Source: Candidatus Omnitrophota bacterium
Lineage (GTDB): Bacteria > Omnitrophota > Gorgyraeia > Gygaellales > Profunditerraquicolaceae
NCBI GenBank assembly: GCA_025453395.1
Contig: JALOQK010000002.1
Coordinates: forward strand, 21,625 to 85,624
Length of the DNA: 64,000 nt
Reading direction: 5' to 3'
Shown: positions 38,651-47,564 of the stretch, in pieces
Position numbering within the stretch: position 1 is the first letter of the stretch
How the letters are laid out: every line of letters begins with the position of its first letter
Made by a program: the position numbers and the translations under genes
The notes under the pieces: model-generated
What the model saw: the letters and a program-made list of their open reading frames with translations, nothing else
Told to the model about the DNA's origin: nothing
Databases searched by the model: none

Positions 38651-38820
38651 TAGATGTTAAATGAAGTTACATGAAGTTAAATAAGGTTAAATGAAGTTGC
38701 TCGAAGAATGTTACATGAAGTTGCATGAGGTTACATAAAGTTACATGACGTTGCAAAATAATTTCTTTTATGCAACCTCACGTAACATCATTTAACCTCA
38801 TGCAACCTCAATTAACTTCA
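38651..38820. repeat. family B palindromic element (copy 4, longest)
   Basis: At least eight direct units (gttaaatgaa gttacatgaa gttaaataag gttaaatgaa gttgctcgaa .. gttacatgaa gttgcatgag gttacataaa gttacatgac gttgcaaaataatttcttttatgcaa), then inverted units cctcacgtaa catcatttaa cctcatgcaa cctcaattaa. Confidence 0.8.
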
Positions 38821-38845
38821 AAAAGAGAGGGGGTGAATACAGAAT

Positions 38846-39088
38846 ATGGCGAAGAAATTAGCGAAGGTCGGTATCAAGAGGGAAAAAGGTTTCCTCTATT
38901 ACGTCGACAAGCAAGGTGACATTTCCTGCGCGAAGATGGCCAGAGGCAACAAAAAAGGCGGAAGCCCCAAGAAAGTTGCTAAATGCGGCATCAAGAGACA
39001 GGAAGGTTACTTGTATTTCGTTGACAAAAATGGAGACATCTCCTGCGCGGTAATGAAAAGAGGCGGGAAAAAGAAGAAAAAGAAGTAA
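38846..39088 (+). CDS. small highly basic protein made of two tandem ~33-aa modules with a poly-Lys tail
   Basis: Module 1 AKVGIKREKGFLYYVDKQGDISCAKMARGNKKG. Module 2 AKCGIKRQEGYLYFVDKNGDISCAVMKRGGKKKKKK. Ribosome-binding site gagagggggtg upstream. Confidence 0.5.
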   Translation: MAKKLAKVGIKREKGFLYYVDKQGDISCAKMARGNKKGGSPKKVAKCGIKRQEGYLYFVDKNGDISCAVMKRGGKKKKKK

Positions 39089-39099
39089 AACAAAAACAA

Positions 39100-39165
39100 G
39101 GGGACGGTTCTATTTTTAAATAACTATTAAAGGTAGAAAAATAGAACCGTCCCCAAGTTTTCTTT
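39100..39165 (+). terminator. long hairpin terminator after the small basic gene
   Basis: 18-bp perfect stem ggggacggttctattttt / aaaaatagaaccgtcccc followed by a T-rich tract. Confidence 0.65.
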
Positions 39166-39170
39166 CTAAT

Positions 39171-41996
39171 ATGACTTCCAATATCATCATTCGCGGCGCC
39201 AAGGAACATAACTTAAAAAACATTTCTTTAGAGCTTCCGCGCAATAAATTGATTGTGGTTACCGGTTTATCCGGCTCAGGTAAATCAAGCCTTGTGTTTG
39301 ATACTATCTATGCCGAAGGCCAGCGCCGCTATGTGGAAAGCCTTTCCAGCTACGCCCGGCAGTTTTTAGGTCAGCTTCAGAAACCGGATGTGGAGTATAT
39401 TGAAGGCCTTTCTCCGGCAATTGCTATTGAACAAAGGACTGCTGGCGGTAACCCCCGTTCCACGGTAGCTACCCAAACCGAAATCTACGATTATTTGCGC
39501 CTTCTTTTTGCGCGTATCGGAGAGGTATCCTGTTATCAATGCGGCAGGTTTGTGAAGCGCCAGAGCGCCCAAGAGATCGTCCAGCAGGTTATGGAATTAG
39601 GCGAAGGCGCAAGCATTCAGATTTTAGCAAAAGTAATAAGCGGTAGAAAAGGGCAATATCGGCAGGAGTTTTCAAATCTTAAGAAGGCAGGTTTTATCCG
39701 CGCGCGCGTCGATGGTAAAATATATGAGTTGGATCAAAAAATAAATTTAGATAAATATAAAGCGCATAACATAGAAGTTCTGGTAGACAGGCTGACCATT
39801 GCGCCGGCTGTAAAGCCGCGGCTTACTGATTCCATAGAAACCGCGTTAAAGGCAGGCCAAGGCATTGTGGTTGTTGCCGCCAAGCTTTCTAGCGGTAAAG
39901 AAGCCGAATCAGTATATAGCCAGCACTATGCCTGCACAAACTGCGGCATAAGTTATACGGAAGTCCAGCCGCGCATTTTTTCTTTTAATTCTCCTTATGG
40001 GGCCTGCCCGGAATGTAACGGCTTGGGTACAAAATTTGAGTTTGACCTGGATTTGATCATCCCGGAGAAAGATAAATCTATCAATCAGGGCGCGCTTGCC
40101 GTCTGGAGGAGAGGCGGACGAGGCTATATTATGTATTACCGCTGGCTTTTGCGCGAGTTATCGCGCGAACTGGGGTTTAGTCTGGACACGCCTTTTAATA
40201 AGCTTAAGAAAGACACCCAGAAAGCGATCCTTTATGGTACGGATATCGAAATCGGCAGTAAGCCTTTTGAGGGGGTTATCCCGCACTTAGAAAGGCTTTT
40301 TAGGGACACCGACAGCGATTATTTAAAGCATGAAATATCCAAATTTATGTCTACGCTTGCCTGTCCGGGCTGTAATGGCGCGCGCCTTAAGAAAGAAAGC
40401 CTCAGCGTTAAGATAAAGGGCAAGAATATTTGGGAAGTAGCTCAGATGCCGATAAATAAGGCAAAGGAATTTTTCTCTTCCCTTAATTTAAGCGCCAAAG
40501 ATAAACTTATTGCCGCAGAATGCTTGAAACAGATAAATCAGCGTTTGCAGTTTTGTATTGATGTGGGGCTTGATTATTTAACTTTAGAGAGAAAAAGTTC
40601 CACTCTTTCCGGAGGAGAGGCGCAGCGAATCCGGCTTGCCACTCAAGTGGGTTCGCGCTTGGTAGGAGTTTTGTATGTTTTAGACGAGCCCAGTATCGGC
40701 CTGCACCAGCGGGATAATATTAAGCTTCTTTCAACATTGGAATCTTTGAGGGATTTAGGCAATACGGTATTAGTGGTGGAGCATGATGAATATACCATAA
40801 GAGCCGCTGACTATGTTGTGGATTTAGGCCCGGGCGCGGGGCTTCATGGAGGGCATGTAGTTTTTGCCGGTACCAATAAACAATTGCTGGAGAATAAACA
40901 GTGCTTAACCGCTAAATATTTACGCCGCGAATTGGATATTCCCATTCCAGAAAGCCGCCGCACTTTTGATCCTAATAGGGCCATTGAAATTAAAGGCGCC
41001 CGGCAGCATAACTTAAAGAATATTGATGTCAAATTTCCCATAGGCGCTTTTATTGCTGTGACAGGCGTTTCCGGTTCGGGGAAATCAACGCTTATAGAGG
41101 ATATACTGTATCGGGGGTTGAATCAGAAGATCTACAGTTCCCGCGAGAAACCCGGAGCGCACGATGAACTATTAGGGGCAGACCTTATAGACAAGGTTAT
41201 TGTCGTGGATCAGTCGCCTATTGGAAGAACGCCCCGTTCCAACCCCGCTACTTACACAGCAGTGTTTAGCCATATCCGTGATTTATTCAGCCGGCTTCCG
41301 GAAGCTAAGATGCGCGGATATAAGCCGGGAAGGTTTTCTTTTAATGTTAAAAGCGGGCGCTGTCAGGCATGCATGGGAGATGGAATCAAGAAAATAGAGA
41401 TGCATTTCTTGCCGGATGTCTATGTGAAATGCGATATCTGCAAGGGCAGGCGTTTTAATGATGCTACTTTAGAGGTTAAATATAAAGGAAAATCCATTGC
41501 TGATGTCTTGGAGATGACCGTCGAAGAAGCGGTTGTATTGTTTGAGAATATCCCGGTAATTAAAAATACCCTGTCATATCTGTATGATGTGGGTTTGGAA
41601 TATGTTCAATTGGGCCAGTCCTCCACTACTCTTTCCGGAGGCGAGGCGCAAAGAATTAAGCTTGCCAGTGAATTAAGCAAGCGTTCAACCGGGAAGACCT
41701 TATATATACTTGATGAGCCGACCACGGGCTTACATTTCGCGGATGTGCATAAGCTTATTACTGTGCTGCAGCGGCTGGTGGATAAAGGCAATACGGTTAT
41801 TGTTATTGAACATAATTTGGAAGTAGTAAAATGCGCGGATTATATTATTGATTTAGGGCCTGAAGGCGGCGATAAGGGGGGAGAGCTTGTTTTTTGCGGA
41901 ACCCCGGAAGATTTAGCAGGGTCAAAGAAATCCTATACGGGAGAGTTTTTAAGAAAGATATTGAAGGCGGGAAAAGGAAGTGATATAGTGAAATAA
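39171..41996 (+). CDS. uvrA: excinuclease ABC subunit A
   Basis: Two ABC ATPase modules ([20 protein letters not shown]), zinc fingers, LSGGEAQR signatures. 941 aa. Confidence 0.95.
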   Translation: MTSNIIIRGAKEHNLKNISLELPRNKLIVVTGLSGSGKSSLVFDTIYAEGQRRYVESLSSYARQFLGQLQKPDVEYIEGLSPAIAIEQRTAGGNPRSTVATQTEIYDYLRLLFARIGEVSCYQCGRFVKRQSAQEIVQQVMELGEGASIQILAKVISGRKGQYRQEFSNLKKAGFIRARVDGKIYELDQKINLDKYKAHNIEVLVDRLTIAPAVKPRLTDSIETALKAGQGIVVVAAKLSSGKEAESVYSQHYACTNCGISYTEVQPRIFSFNSPYGACPECNGLGTKFEFDLDLIIPEKDKSINQGALAVWRRGGRGYIMYYRWLLRELSRELGFSLDTPFNKLKKDTQKAILYGTDIEIGSKPFEGVIPHLERLFRDTDSDYLKHEISKFMSTLACPGCNGARLKKESLSVKIKGKNIWEVAQMPINKAKEFFSSLNLSAKDKLIAAECLKQINQRLQFCIDVGLDYLTLERKSSTLSGGEAQRIRLATQVGSRLVGVLYVLDEPSIGLHQRDNIKLLSTLESLRDLGNTVLVVEHDEYTIRAADYVVDLGPGAGLHGGHVVFAGTNKQLLENKQCLTAKYLRRELDIPIPESRRTFDPNRAIEIKGARQHNLKNIDVKFPIGAFIAVTGVSGSGKSTLIEDILYRGLNQKIYSSREKPGAHDELLGADLIDKVIVVDQSPIGRTPRSNPATYTAVFSHIRDLFSRLPEAKMRGYKPGRFSFNVKSGRCQACMGDGIKKIEMHFLPDVYVKCDICKGRRFNDATLEVKYKGKSIADVLEMTVEEAVVLFENIPVIKNTLSYLYDVGLEYVQLGQSSTTLSGGEAQRIKLASELSKRSTGKTLYILDEPTTGLHFADVHKLITVLQRLVDKGNTVIVIEHNLEVVKCADYIIDLGPEGGDKGGELVFCGTPEDLAGSKKSYTGEFLRKILKAGKGSDIVK

Positions 41997-42000
41997 GTAA

Positions 42001-42030
42001 AAAGTCAAAAGTAAAAAGTCAAAAGTAAGA
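42001..42030. repeat. AAAAGTC heptamer repeat (intergenic)
   Basis: aaagtc aaaagta aaaagtc aaaagta agaag. Confidence 0.7.
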
Positions 42031-42044
42031 AGATTAAATTAAAA

Positions 42045-44552
42045 ATGAAAAGAAAGAATTTTATAATAAATATATTAATCACTCTAGGGGTGTTTCTATT
42101 TTCTAGTGTATACTGCGTAGCTTCTTATGCCCAGACTCAAGCTCAAAACTCCGAAGACAAAGAAGAAGAGGCGCTTTTTGTCGCCAAAAGAGCTTTGGAA
42201 GACGGATTTTATGACGTTTCTTTGGAGTTGTCAGAAAGGTTCCTCAAGAATTATCCGCAATCTGCCAAGCTGGCCAAAGCCCACCTTATCATCGGGCAGT
42301 CGTATTTCTATAAAAACGATTTTATTGCTGCTTTGCAGAAATTTGAATGGCTTATACAGCAGCCTTTTGCATCCGAGGTTAAAGATGAGATAATTTACTG
42401 GATAGCGGAAGTGCATTTCCGGGGAAATGATTTTATCAAGGCATCCTCTTATTATAAACAGATCGTGGATGGCTATCCTAATTCCAAATATCTGGGATTG
42501 GCGTATTATTCGCTTGGTTGGTGCGATTTTCAGGCTCAGGAATATAAGAGTGCCCTTTCTTATTTTAAAACTGTTGAAGAAAAATTCCCCCAGGATACTT
42601 TCTGGAGGGAGGCAAGTTTTAAAATATTCGAATGTTTATATAACTTAAAAGATTACAGGCTTCTTAAGGAGAAAATTGACGCGAATGTCAAGTCGTACTC
42701 CAAAGATAGCGCTAAGTCTGGTTACCTGTATTTTTATCTGGCAGAATCAGATTATTATTTAGGCGATTTTGCCGCTTCTCTCGAGGCTTACCAGAAGGTT
42801 TTATCTTTATCAGGCGACGATAAGATGCAAGGTTTATCTAAGCTGGGCATGGGATGGGCGTATCTTAAATTAAAAAAATACAAAGAGGCAAAAGAGGTTT
42901 TAGAAAGCATCCCTTTTGATAAGCTTGAGAAAGCCAGCCAAAATGCCTTGTATCTTGCCAAAGGCATTCTTATGATAGAGACAGAAGAATATGGCCAGGC
43001 AAGGGATATTTACGACAAGCTTATTCTGGAGGCTTCTGATCCGGTAGTGCTTATCCAGGGGTATATAGGAAAAGCCGATGCCTTGTATAACTTGGGGGAT
43101 TATAAGGGTGCGGTTGATGTTTATCAGGAGGCGCAGGGGAAATTGCCAGAAGGCCTCTCAAGCGACATAAGCGATAAATTTCATTATGGTTTTGCCTGGG
43201 CCTATCTTAAAGAAGGAAAATTCAAGGCAGCCATAGGCCAGTTCCAGAGGATAGTTAAACAAAGCGAAGATAAGACGATCAAAGTCTCCGCGCTGTGCCA
43301 AATAGGAGATGCTTATTTTGAGCAGGGTGACTACGCAAAAGCGCAGGAAGCCTATAATAGCATACTTAAAGATTACCGGGGAAGTTTCTATGAGGATTAT
43401 GTGCAATATCAGCTGGGCCTGACTATGTTAAAAACTTCTAATTACGATTCCGCGGCGGTTGTTTTCCAGAACCTGAAAAGCAAGTATCCGGATTCCAAAC
43501 TTCTTGATGATGCTTCTTATGCTTTGGGTTTAAGTTATTTCCAGCGTGAAAATTATCAGGCCAGCAAAGAAATTTTCTCTAAGTTCCAAGATGAATTTAA
43601 AGACAGCCCATTAGCTTCTCAGGCAATGTATTTATGGGCAGTAAGCCTGTATAACCTGGGCTCTTACAATGAAGCGATAGAGGTATTTAAGAATATTATT
43701 CGCGTTTACAATCAGGATATCCAGCTTCTTCAAAAATCAGAATATCAAATAGCGGATTGCTTGTACCATCTGGGCGACGAGAAAGAGGCAATGCAGCGTT
43801 TTAATGCCTTGCGCACAAAATACCCGGATTCATCGCTTACCTCGGAAGTGGTTTGGTGGCTGGCGGAATATTATTACCGCAATAATGACTTGAATATGGC
43901 TAAGCGCTATTTTGCTTCATTGACCCAGGATTTTCCTAAAGCAAGTTTAGCCCCCAATGCTTACTATGCGTTAGGCGCCATTTATGACCAGGAAGGCAAT
44001 TACGACGAAGCGATTAAGAATTTTCAAAAGGTCGTAGAGTTTGGCAAATCTGAATTATCTGCCACCGCTTCAGTAGCCATAGCAGACCTTTATTTGAAAG
44101 AAAAAAAGACTGAAACGGCGGTTAAGGCCTACAACCAGGTCTTGCAAGATTATCCCAATCTTTCAGGCCTTGTTTATCCTAAGATCGCTCAAGGCTATCA
44201 GGACCAGGGTAATTACGATGAGGCGGTGAATTTCTACCATAAGAGCCAGGAGGTGGTCCCTTCAAGCGAGATGGCCTCAATCCAGTTTAAAATAGCCGAG
44301 ATTGATGAAGTAAGAGGCAGGTATGACCAGGCTATTGAAGAATATTTGAAGCTGGCTTATTTGTATCCCGATGATGTAAAATTAAGCCTAAAGGCGCTTT
44401 TAAGGGTAGCGGCCATTTACGAGAATAAGGAAGATTTTGAGCAGGCAGTCAGCACTTACAAAAAAATATCCGCGATGAATGTGGATGAAAGCAAATATGC
44501 CGATGAAAGAATAGGTTTTATCAATAAACAATATCTAAAAAAGGAGCAGTAA
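42045..44552 (+). CDS. secreted tetratricopeptide (TPR) repeat protein
   Basis: Signal peptide, then numerous 34-aa TPR-like repeats (..AYYSLGWCDFQAQEYKSALSYFK.., ..GDYAKAQEAYN..). 835 aa. Sits immediately upstream of exbB-exbD. Confidence 0.7.
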   Translation: MKRKNFIINILITLGVFLFSSVYCVASYAQTQAQNSEDKEEEALFVAKRALEDGFYDVSLELSERFLKNYPQSAKLAKAHLIIGQSYFYKNDFIAALQKFEWLIQQPFASEVKDEIIYWIAEVHFRGNDFIKASSYYKQIVDGYPNSKYLGLAYYSLGWCDFQAQEYKSALSYFKTVEEKFPQDTFWREASFKIFECLYNLKDYRLLKEKIDANVKSYSKDSAKSGYLYFYLAESDYYLGDFAASLEAYQKVLSLSGDDKMQGLSKLGMGWAYLKLKKYKEAKEVLESIPFDKLEKASQNALYLAKGILMIETEEYGQARDIYDKLILEASDPVVLIQGYIGKADALYNLGDYKGAVDVYQEAQGKLPEGLSSDISDKFHYGFAWAYLKEGKFKAAIGQFQRIVKQSEDKTIKVSALCQIGDAYFEQGDYAKAQEAYNSILKDYRGSFYEDYVQYQLGLTMLKTSNYDSAAVVFQNLKSKYPDSKLLDDASYALGLSYFQRENYQASKEIFSKFQDEFKDSPLASQAMYLWAVSLYNLGSYNEAIEVFKNIIRVYNQDIQLLQKSEYQIADCLYHLGDEKEAMQRFNALRTKYPDSSLTSEVVWWLAEYYYRNNDLNMAKRYFASLTQDFPKASLAPNAYYALGAIYDQEGNYDEAIKNFQKVVEFGKSELSATASVAIADLYLKEKKTETAVKAYNQVLQDYPNLSGLVYPKIAQGYQDQGNYDEAVNFYHKSQEVVPSSEMASIQFKIAEIDEVRGRYDQAIEEYLKLAYLYPDDVKLSLKALLRVAAIYENKEDFEQAVSTYKKISAMNVDESKYADERIGFINKQYLKKEQ

Positions 44553-44553
44553 T

Positions 44554-45186
44554 ATGGAATTGTATAAAATGAGCCTATGGAATATCTTTTTGGCTGGCGG
44601 CCCGGTAATGTGGCCGATACTTCTGTGTTCTATCTTTGCCTTGGCTATTATTCTGGAAAAGCTTTGGGACCTGCGCCGGATGAAGATAGACGAAGAGGGT
44701 ATCTTAAAAGGCATCTTGGATAAGATGAAGCATCATCAGGTCAAGGAGGCGCTGGAAATCTGCGATAAGACGGAAAGCCCGGTTACTAATATTTTAAAAG
44801 CCGGCATCCTGAAATATGACCGCCCCAGGGCCCAGATCAAAGAGGCCATTGAAGACGCTTCTTTGCATGAAATGCCGCGGCTGGAAAAGAACCTTTCCGC
44901 GTTAGCCACTATCGCGCATATATCCCCGCTTTTAGGGCTTTTAGGGACAGTTACCGGAATGGTCAGGTGCTTTCAGACTATCCAAGCTAAGGCTACAAGT
45001 TTTCATCCTGTGTCTCCTGGAGACCTGGCAGGGGGGATTTGGGAAGCGCTTCTTACTACTGTGGCAGGGTTGATCGTGGCGATACCGGCGTTTGTCGCTT
45101 ACAACTATCTGGTCAATAAGGTAAACAATTTTATTTTTGAAATGGAAAAAGCGGCCACGGAATTGGTAAATTTCTTAACCGAATAA
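44554..45186 (+). CDS. exbB: MotA/TolQ/ExbB family proton channel
   Basis: Three TM helices with the LLGLLGTVTGM signature. tolQ vs exbB cannot be distinguished. Confidence 0.8.
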   Translation: MELYKMSLWNIFLAGGPVMWPILLCSIFALAIILEKLWDLRRMKIDEEGILKGILDKMKHHQVKEALEICDKTESPVTNILKAGILKYDRPRAQIKEAIEDASLHEMPRLEKNLSALATIAHISPLLGLLGTVTGMVRCFQTIQAKATSFHPVSPGDLAGGIWEALLTTVAGLIVAIPAFVAYNYLVNKVNNFIFEMEKAATELVNFLTE

Positions 45187-45196
45187 AAGGCCGCTA

Positions 45197-45231
45197 TGCG
45201 TACCTTTGCCTATCTGAAGGCAAAGTACGCA
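45197..45231 (+). other. stable hairpin between exbB and exbD
   Basis: tgcgtacctttgcc tatctga ggcaaagtacgca, a 13-bp stem with one bulge and no T-run after it. Confidence 0.4.
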
Positions 45232-45259
45232 TTCACAAAGTCTATAGAAAGGTTTAACT

Positions 45260-45661
45260 ATGCGCTTTAGAAAACATATGAAATTAGAGCATGGGCTTAA
45301 GCAGATAGATATAGCCCCGCTTATAGATGTTGTTTTCCAGCTTCTTATATTTTTCATGCTTACTTCAAGTTTCGTGATACAGCCGGGGATCAAGGTAAAC
45401 CTGCCTAAGGCGGTGACAAGCGAGACACTGAAGGCGGAAAATATCGACATAGTTGTTTCTAATGAAAATGTGGTTTACTTAGACGGGAAAGTAGTTACCT
45501 TAGCGGAGCTAAAGAATATATTTAAGCGCGCCAGTTCCAAGAACAATTCTGTGTTGATTAAATCCGACAGAAGGGCATCTTTAGGCAGGATAGTTGAGAT
45601 TTGGGACATGGCCAGAGACGGCGGGATAACCCAGATTAATATCGCCACCAATCAGGAATGA
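45260..45661 (+). CDS. exbD: ExbD/TolR family protein
   Basis: IDIAPLIDVVFQLLIFFML single TM and a periplasmic domain. Confidence 0.8.
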   Translation: MRFRKHMKLEHGLKQIDIAPLIDVVFQLLIFFMLTSSFVIQPGIKVNLPKAVTSETLKAENIDIVVSNENVVYLDGKVVTLAELKNIFKRASSKNNSVLIKSDRRASLGRIVEIWDMARDGGITQINIATNQE

Positions 45662-46296
45662 GCGTTTGCCTTTGTTCCAGAAAAAGTTTTATTTTTTCAT
45701 TGGCAGGCCACATTTTTGTTTTTGCCGCTTTTTCATTTTCATTCGGCAGAATTCCGGTTGATTTAAGAGGTTTTAATGTTTCTTCTTTTGGGGGCATACT
45801 TAATAGATATGATTTGGCAGCTGAAGTTAAGCGCCCCTATCTGGATGTAAAGAAAGCTTTCTTGAAATCCCATTATTTTGTCCCCGCGCCAAGAATGGAA
45901 AACGCGGAAAACTTTTTAAATAACTACCACCTAAAACCCGCAGTTAAGCAGGGACTTATTTTTAGCTCTAATAAATCTTTTGCAGGGCTTTCAGGATCAG
46001 CCTCTTGCCCATATAAAAGAAAGATTCAGACTTCAACAGTAATACTGTATCCGCAGCTGCCGCATTACTTCGGTATTTATTTCCGCAATCAGCAAAAGGC
46101 GCACATTGAATTGGAGTATATGGTTACCCCCAGACAGATGGCCGGCTTTATTACCGTAAGGCGGAAGATCTCTTCCGGGGATTTGGAGATGGACCTTTTG
46201 TGCGCGCGTTATATAAGCCAGTATCTTTCTACCCAGCAGGATAAAATCTCGTCCGGTGTTTGGCATAAGGTAAAGATAGAATTGGGGGCTAAGTAA
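45658..46296 (+). CDS. membrane-anchored hypothetical protein in the TonB/TolA position
   Basis: N-terminal TM FIFSLAGHIFVFAAFSFSF, then ~180 aa without a Pro-rich linker. Overlaps the exbD stop. Confidence 0.3.
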   Translation: MSVCLCSRKSFIFSLAGHIFVFAAFSFSFGRIPVDLRGFNVSSFGGILNRYDLAAEVKRPYLDVKKAFLKSHYFVPAPRMENAENFLNNYHLKPAVKQGLIFSSNKSFAGLSGSASCPYKRKIQTSTVILYPQLPHYFGIYFRNQQKAHIELEYMVTPRQMAGFITVRRKISSGDLEMDLLCARYISQYLSTQQDKISSGVWHKVKIELGAK

Positions 46297-46517
46297 TGTT
46301 CACTTTGGATTTTTCATTAGCGCTTGGCTTGTATTGTTTGCTTTTCACGGTTGTGTCCCTGGTTTTCTGGCTTTGGAATAAGGCCCCTAAGAAACGCGTG
46401 CTTTCTCTGGAGGAGAAATATATCTGGTTTTGTTCTGTTTGCACGTACACTTATGTTAATACTAAAGAAGAGTTTATATCTATCTGCCCGCGTTGCGGCA
46501 ATTATAATAAAAAATAG
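46296..46517 (+). CDS. small membrane protein with C-terminal zinc ribbon
   Basis: TM LALGLYCLLFTVVSLVFWLW, then CSVC ..16 aa.. CPRC. Confidence 0.35.
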   Translation: MFTLDFSLALGLYCLLFTVVSLVFWLWNKAPKKRVLSLEEKYIWFCSVCTYTYVNTKEEFISICPRCGNYNKK

Positions 46518-46547
46518 TTGACGCGTCCGCTCGAAGTAGCTTATAAT
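46518..46547 (+). promoter_or_regulatory. near-consensus sigma70 promoter
   Basis: TTGACG, 17/18-nt spacer, TATAAT, about 50 nt upstream of the 46596 gene. Confidence 0.5.
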
Positions 46548-46595
46548 AAAACCAATATCAAAGGGATTCTTCACGAAAGATAAGGAGGAATTTTA

Positions 46596-46802
46596 ATGAT
46601 CACTGAAATCGGAATTATTGCCGGAGATATCTGGCATTTCCTTGACCAGCACGGAGAGGTTTCTTTGGAAAATCTTGTCAAGGGCATAGATAAATCTCGT
46701 GATAATGTGCTGATGAGTTTAGGTTGGCTTGCCCGTGAGGGTCATGTCCTTGTGCAATCGCAAGGAAGCGGCTATACCGTGTGCTTAAGGAAAAATGATT
46801 AG
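46596..46802 (+). CDS. small winged-helix-like protein (DUF2582-like)
   Basis: 68 aa. IAGDIWHFLDQHGEVSLENLVKGI .. SLGWLAREGHV pattern recalled from small wHTH proteins. Ribosome-binding site aaggagg upstream. Confidence 0.4.
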   Translation: MITEIGIIAGDIWHFLDQHGEVSLENLVKGIDKSRDNVLMSLGWLAREGHVLVQSQGSGYTVCLRKND

Positions 46803-47193
46803 GGTCCATCTCCAAAGATCAAGCGTGCTGCTTGTTACCTTATTTATTGTGCTTATCGCGGTGATCTTGGCGCAGGTTATGTTATCTATTCTAAGAAGCC
46901 ACTCCCGCCTTTCCCATCATCAAGTAAGCAGGATCCAGGCCCAGTATGCTGCCATGGCAGGGGTGGTTTATGCTTATGATAGCTTAAGAAGTGGGCATTT
47001 GTCATCTAGCGATTGCCCAGAAGGTAATTCAAATCCAAAGTGCCGGGTAGATGATAATAATTTCCCCGTTTGCATAAAGGATAAAAGAGTAAAAATTATT
47101 CTTTGCCCCGCAGGCGCCACCTGTGCGGGTAAAACCTGCCCTGTCTCAAATAATCTCTGCATCTATTCTACCGCAGAGTATACCTATAATTAA
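46795..47193 (+). CDS. membrane-anchored Cys-rich protein of unknown function
   Basis: N-terminal TM VLLVTLFIVLIAVILAQV. C-terminal domain with 8 Cys (CPEGNSNPKC .. CIKD .. CPAGATCAGKTCP .. C). Confidence 0.35.
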   Translation: MIRVHLQRSSVLLVTLFIVLIAVILAQVMLSILRSHSRLSHHQVSRIQAQYAAMAGVVYAYDSLRSGHLSSSDCPEGNSNPKCRVDDNNFPVCIKDKRVKIILCPAGATCAGKTCPVSNNLCIYSTAEYTYN

Positions 47194-47290
47194 GTCTAAG
47201 TAAGTCTAAGTAAATCTATCGTATTTCTGTTAGTCATCTTTTCCGGCGGAGTATACTGCTATAAGTAAGTCCAAGTAAGTCTGCATAAAA
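47194..47290. repeat. TAAGTC-based short tandem repeats
   Basis: taagtctaagtaagtctaagtaaatcta .. taagtaagtccaagtaagtctg. Unit length differs from the 7-nt family. Confidence 0.6.
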
Positions 47291-47296
47291 AAACAC

Positions 47297-47325
47297 TTGA
47301 CAAAATAAGTTTTTGATGTTTTAAT
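47297..47325 (+). promoter_or_regulatory. sigma70-like promoter of the pilus assembly operon
   Basis: TTGACA, 17-nt spacer, TTTAAT, about 50 nt upstream of the HTH gene. Confidence 0.5.
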
Positions 47326-47375
47326 GAACTCCACTGTTATTTGAATAAGAATAAAGCAGAATACATAGGGATTAT

Positions 47376-47564
47376 ATGCCAAGACTTATAGACATTGATG
47401 AGTTAGCAGAATATCTGAAATTAAAGAAGCAGACGATTTATAATTGGCTGCACGAAAGAAAGATTTCAGGTATTAAGGTTGGCGGGGTCTGGAGATTTGA
47501 CCGCCGCGAGGTAGACGCCTGGCTTAGGAGCAGACGGCGTTTATCTACAACAGGAGATAAATAA
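47376..47564 (+). CDS. helix-turn-helix DNA-binding protein (excisionase/MerR-like HTH_17 family)
   Basis: LIDIDELAEYLKLKKQTIYNWLHERKISGIKVGGVWRFDRREVDAWL. Its stop overlaps the pilM start. Confidence 0.6.
   Translation: MPRLIDIDELAEYLKLKKQTIYNWLHERKISGIKVGGVWRFDRREVDAWLRSRRRLSTTGDK

Noticed and set aside
38651-38820. Possible CRISPR array suggested by regularly spaced short repeats
   Set aside because: Units are only 7 to 10 bp and there are no unique spacers of 25 to 40 bp. The arrays are arranged as palindromes, not direct repeats separated by spacers. There are no cas genes in the window.
47376-47564. Excisionase-like HTH gene as a marker of a prophage or integrative element
   Set aside because: There is no integrase, recombinase, phage structural or replication gene anywhere in the window. 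The gene is translationally coupled to pilM. The adjacent tRNA-Ala has no detectable att-like duplication within the window.
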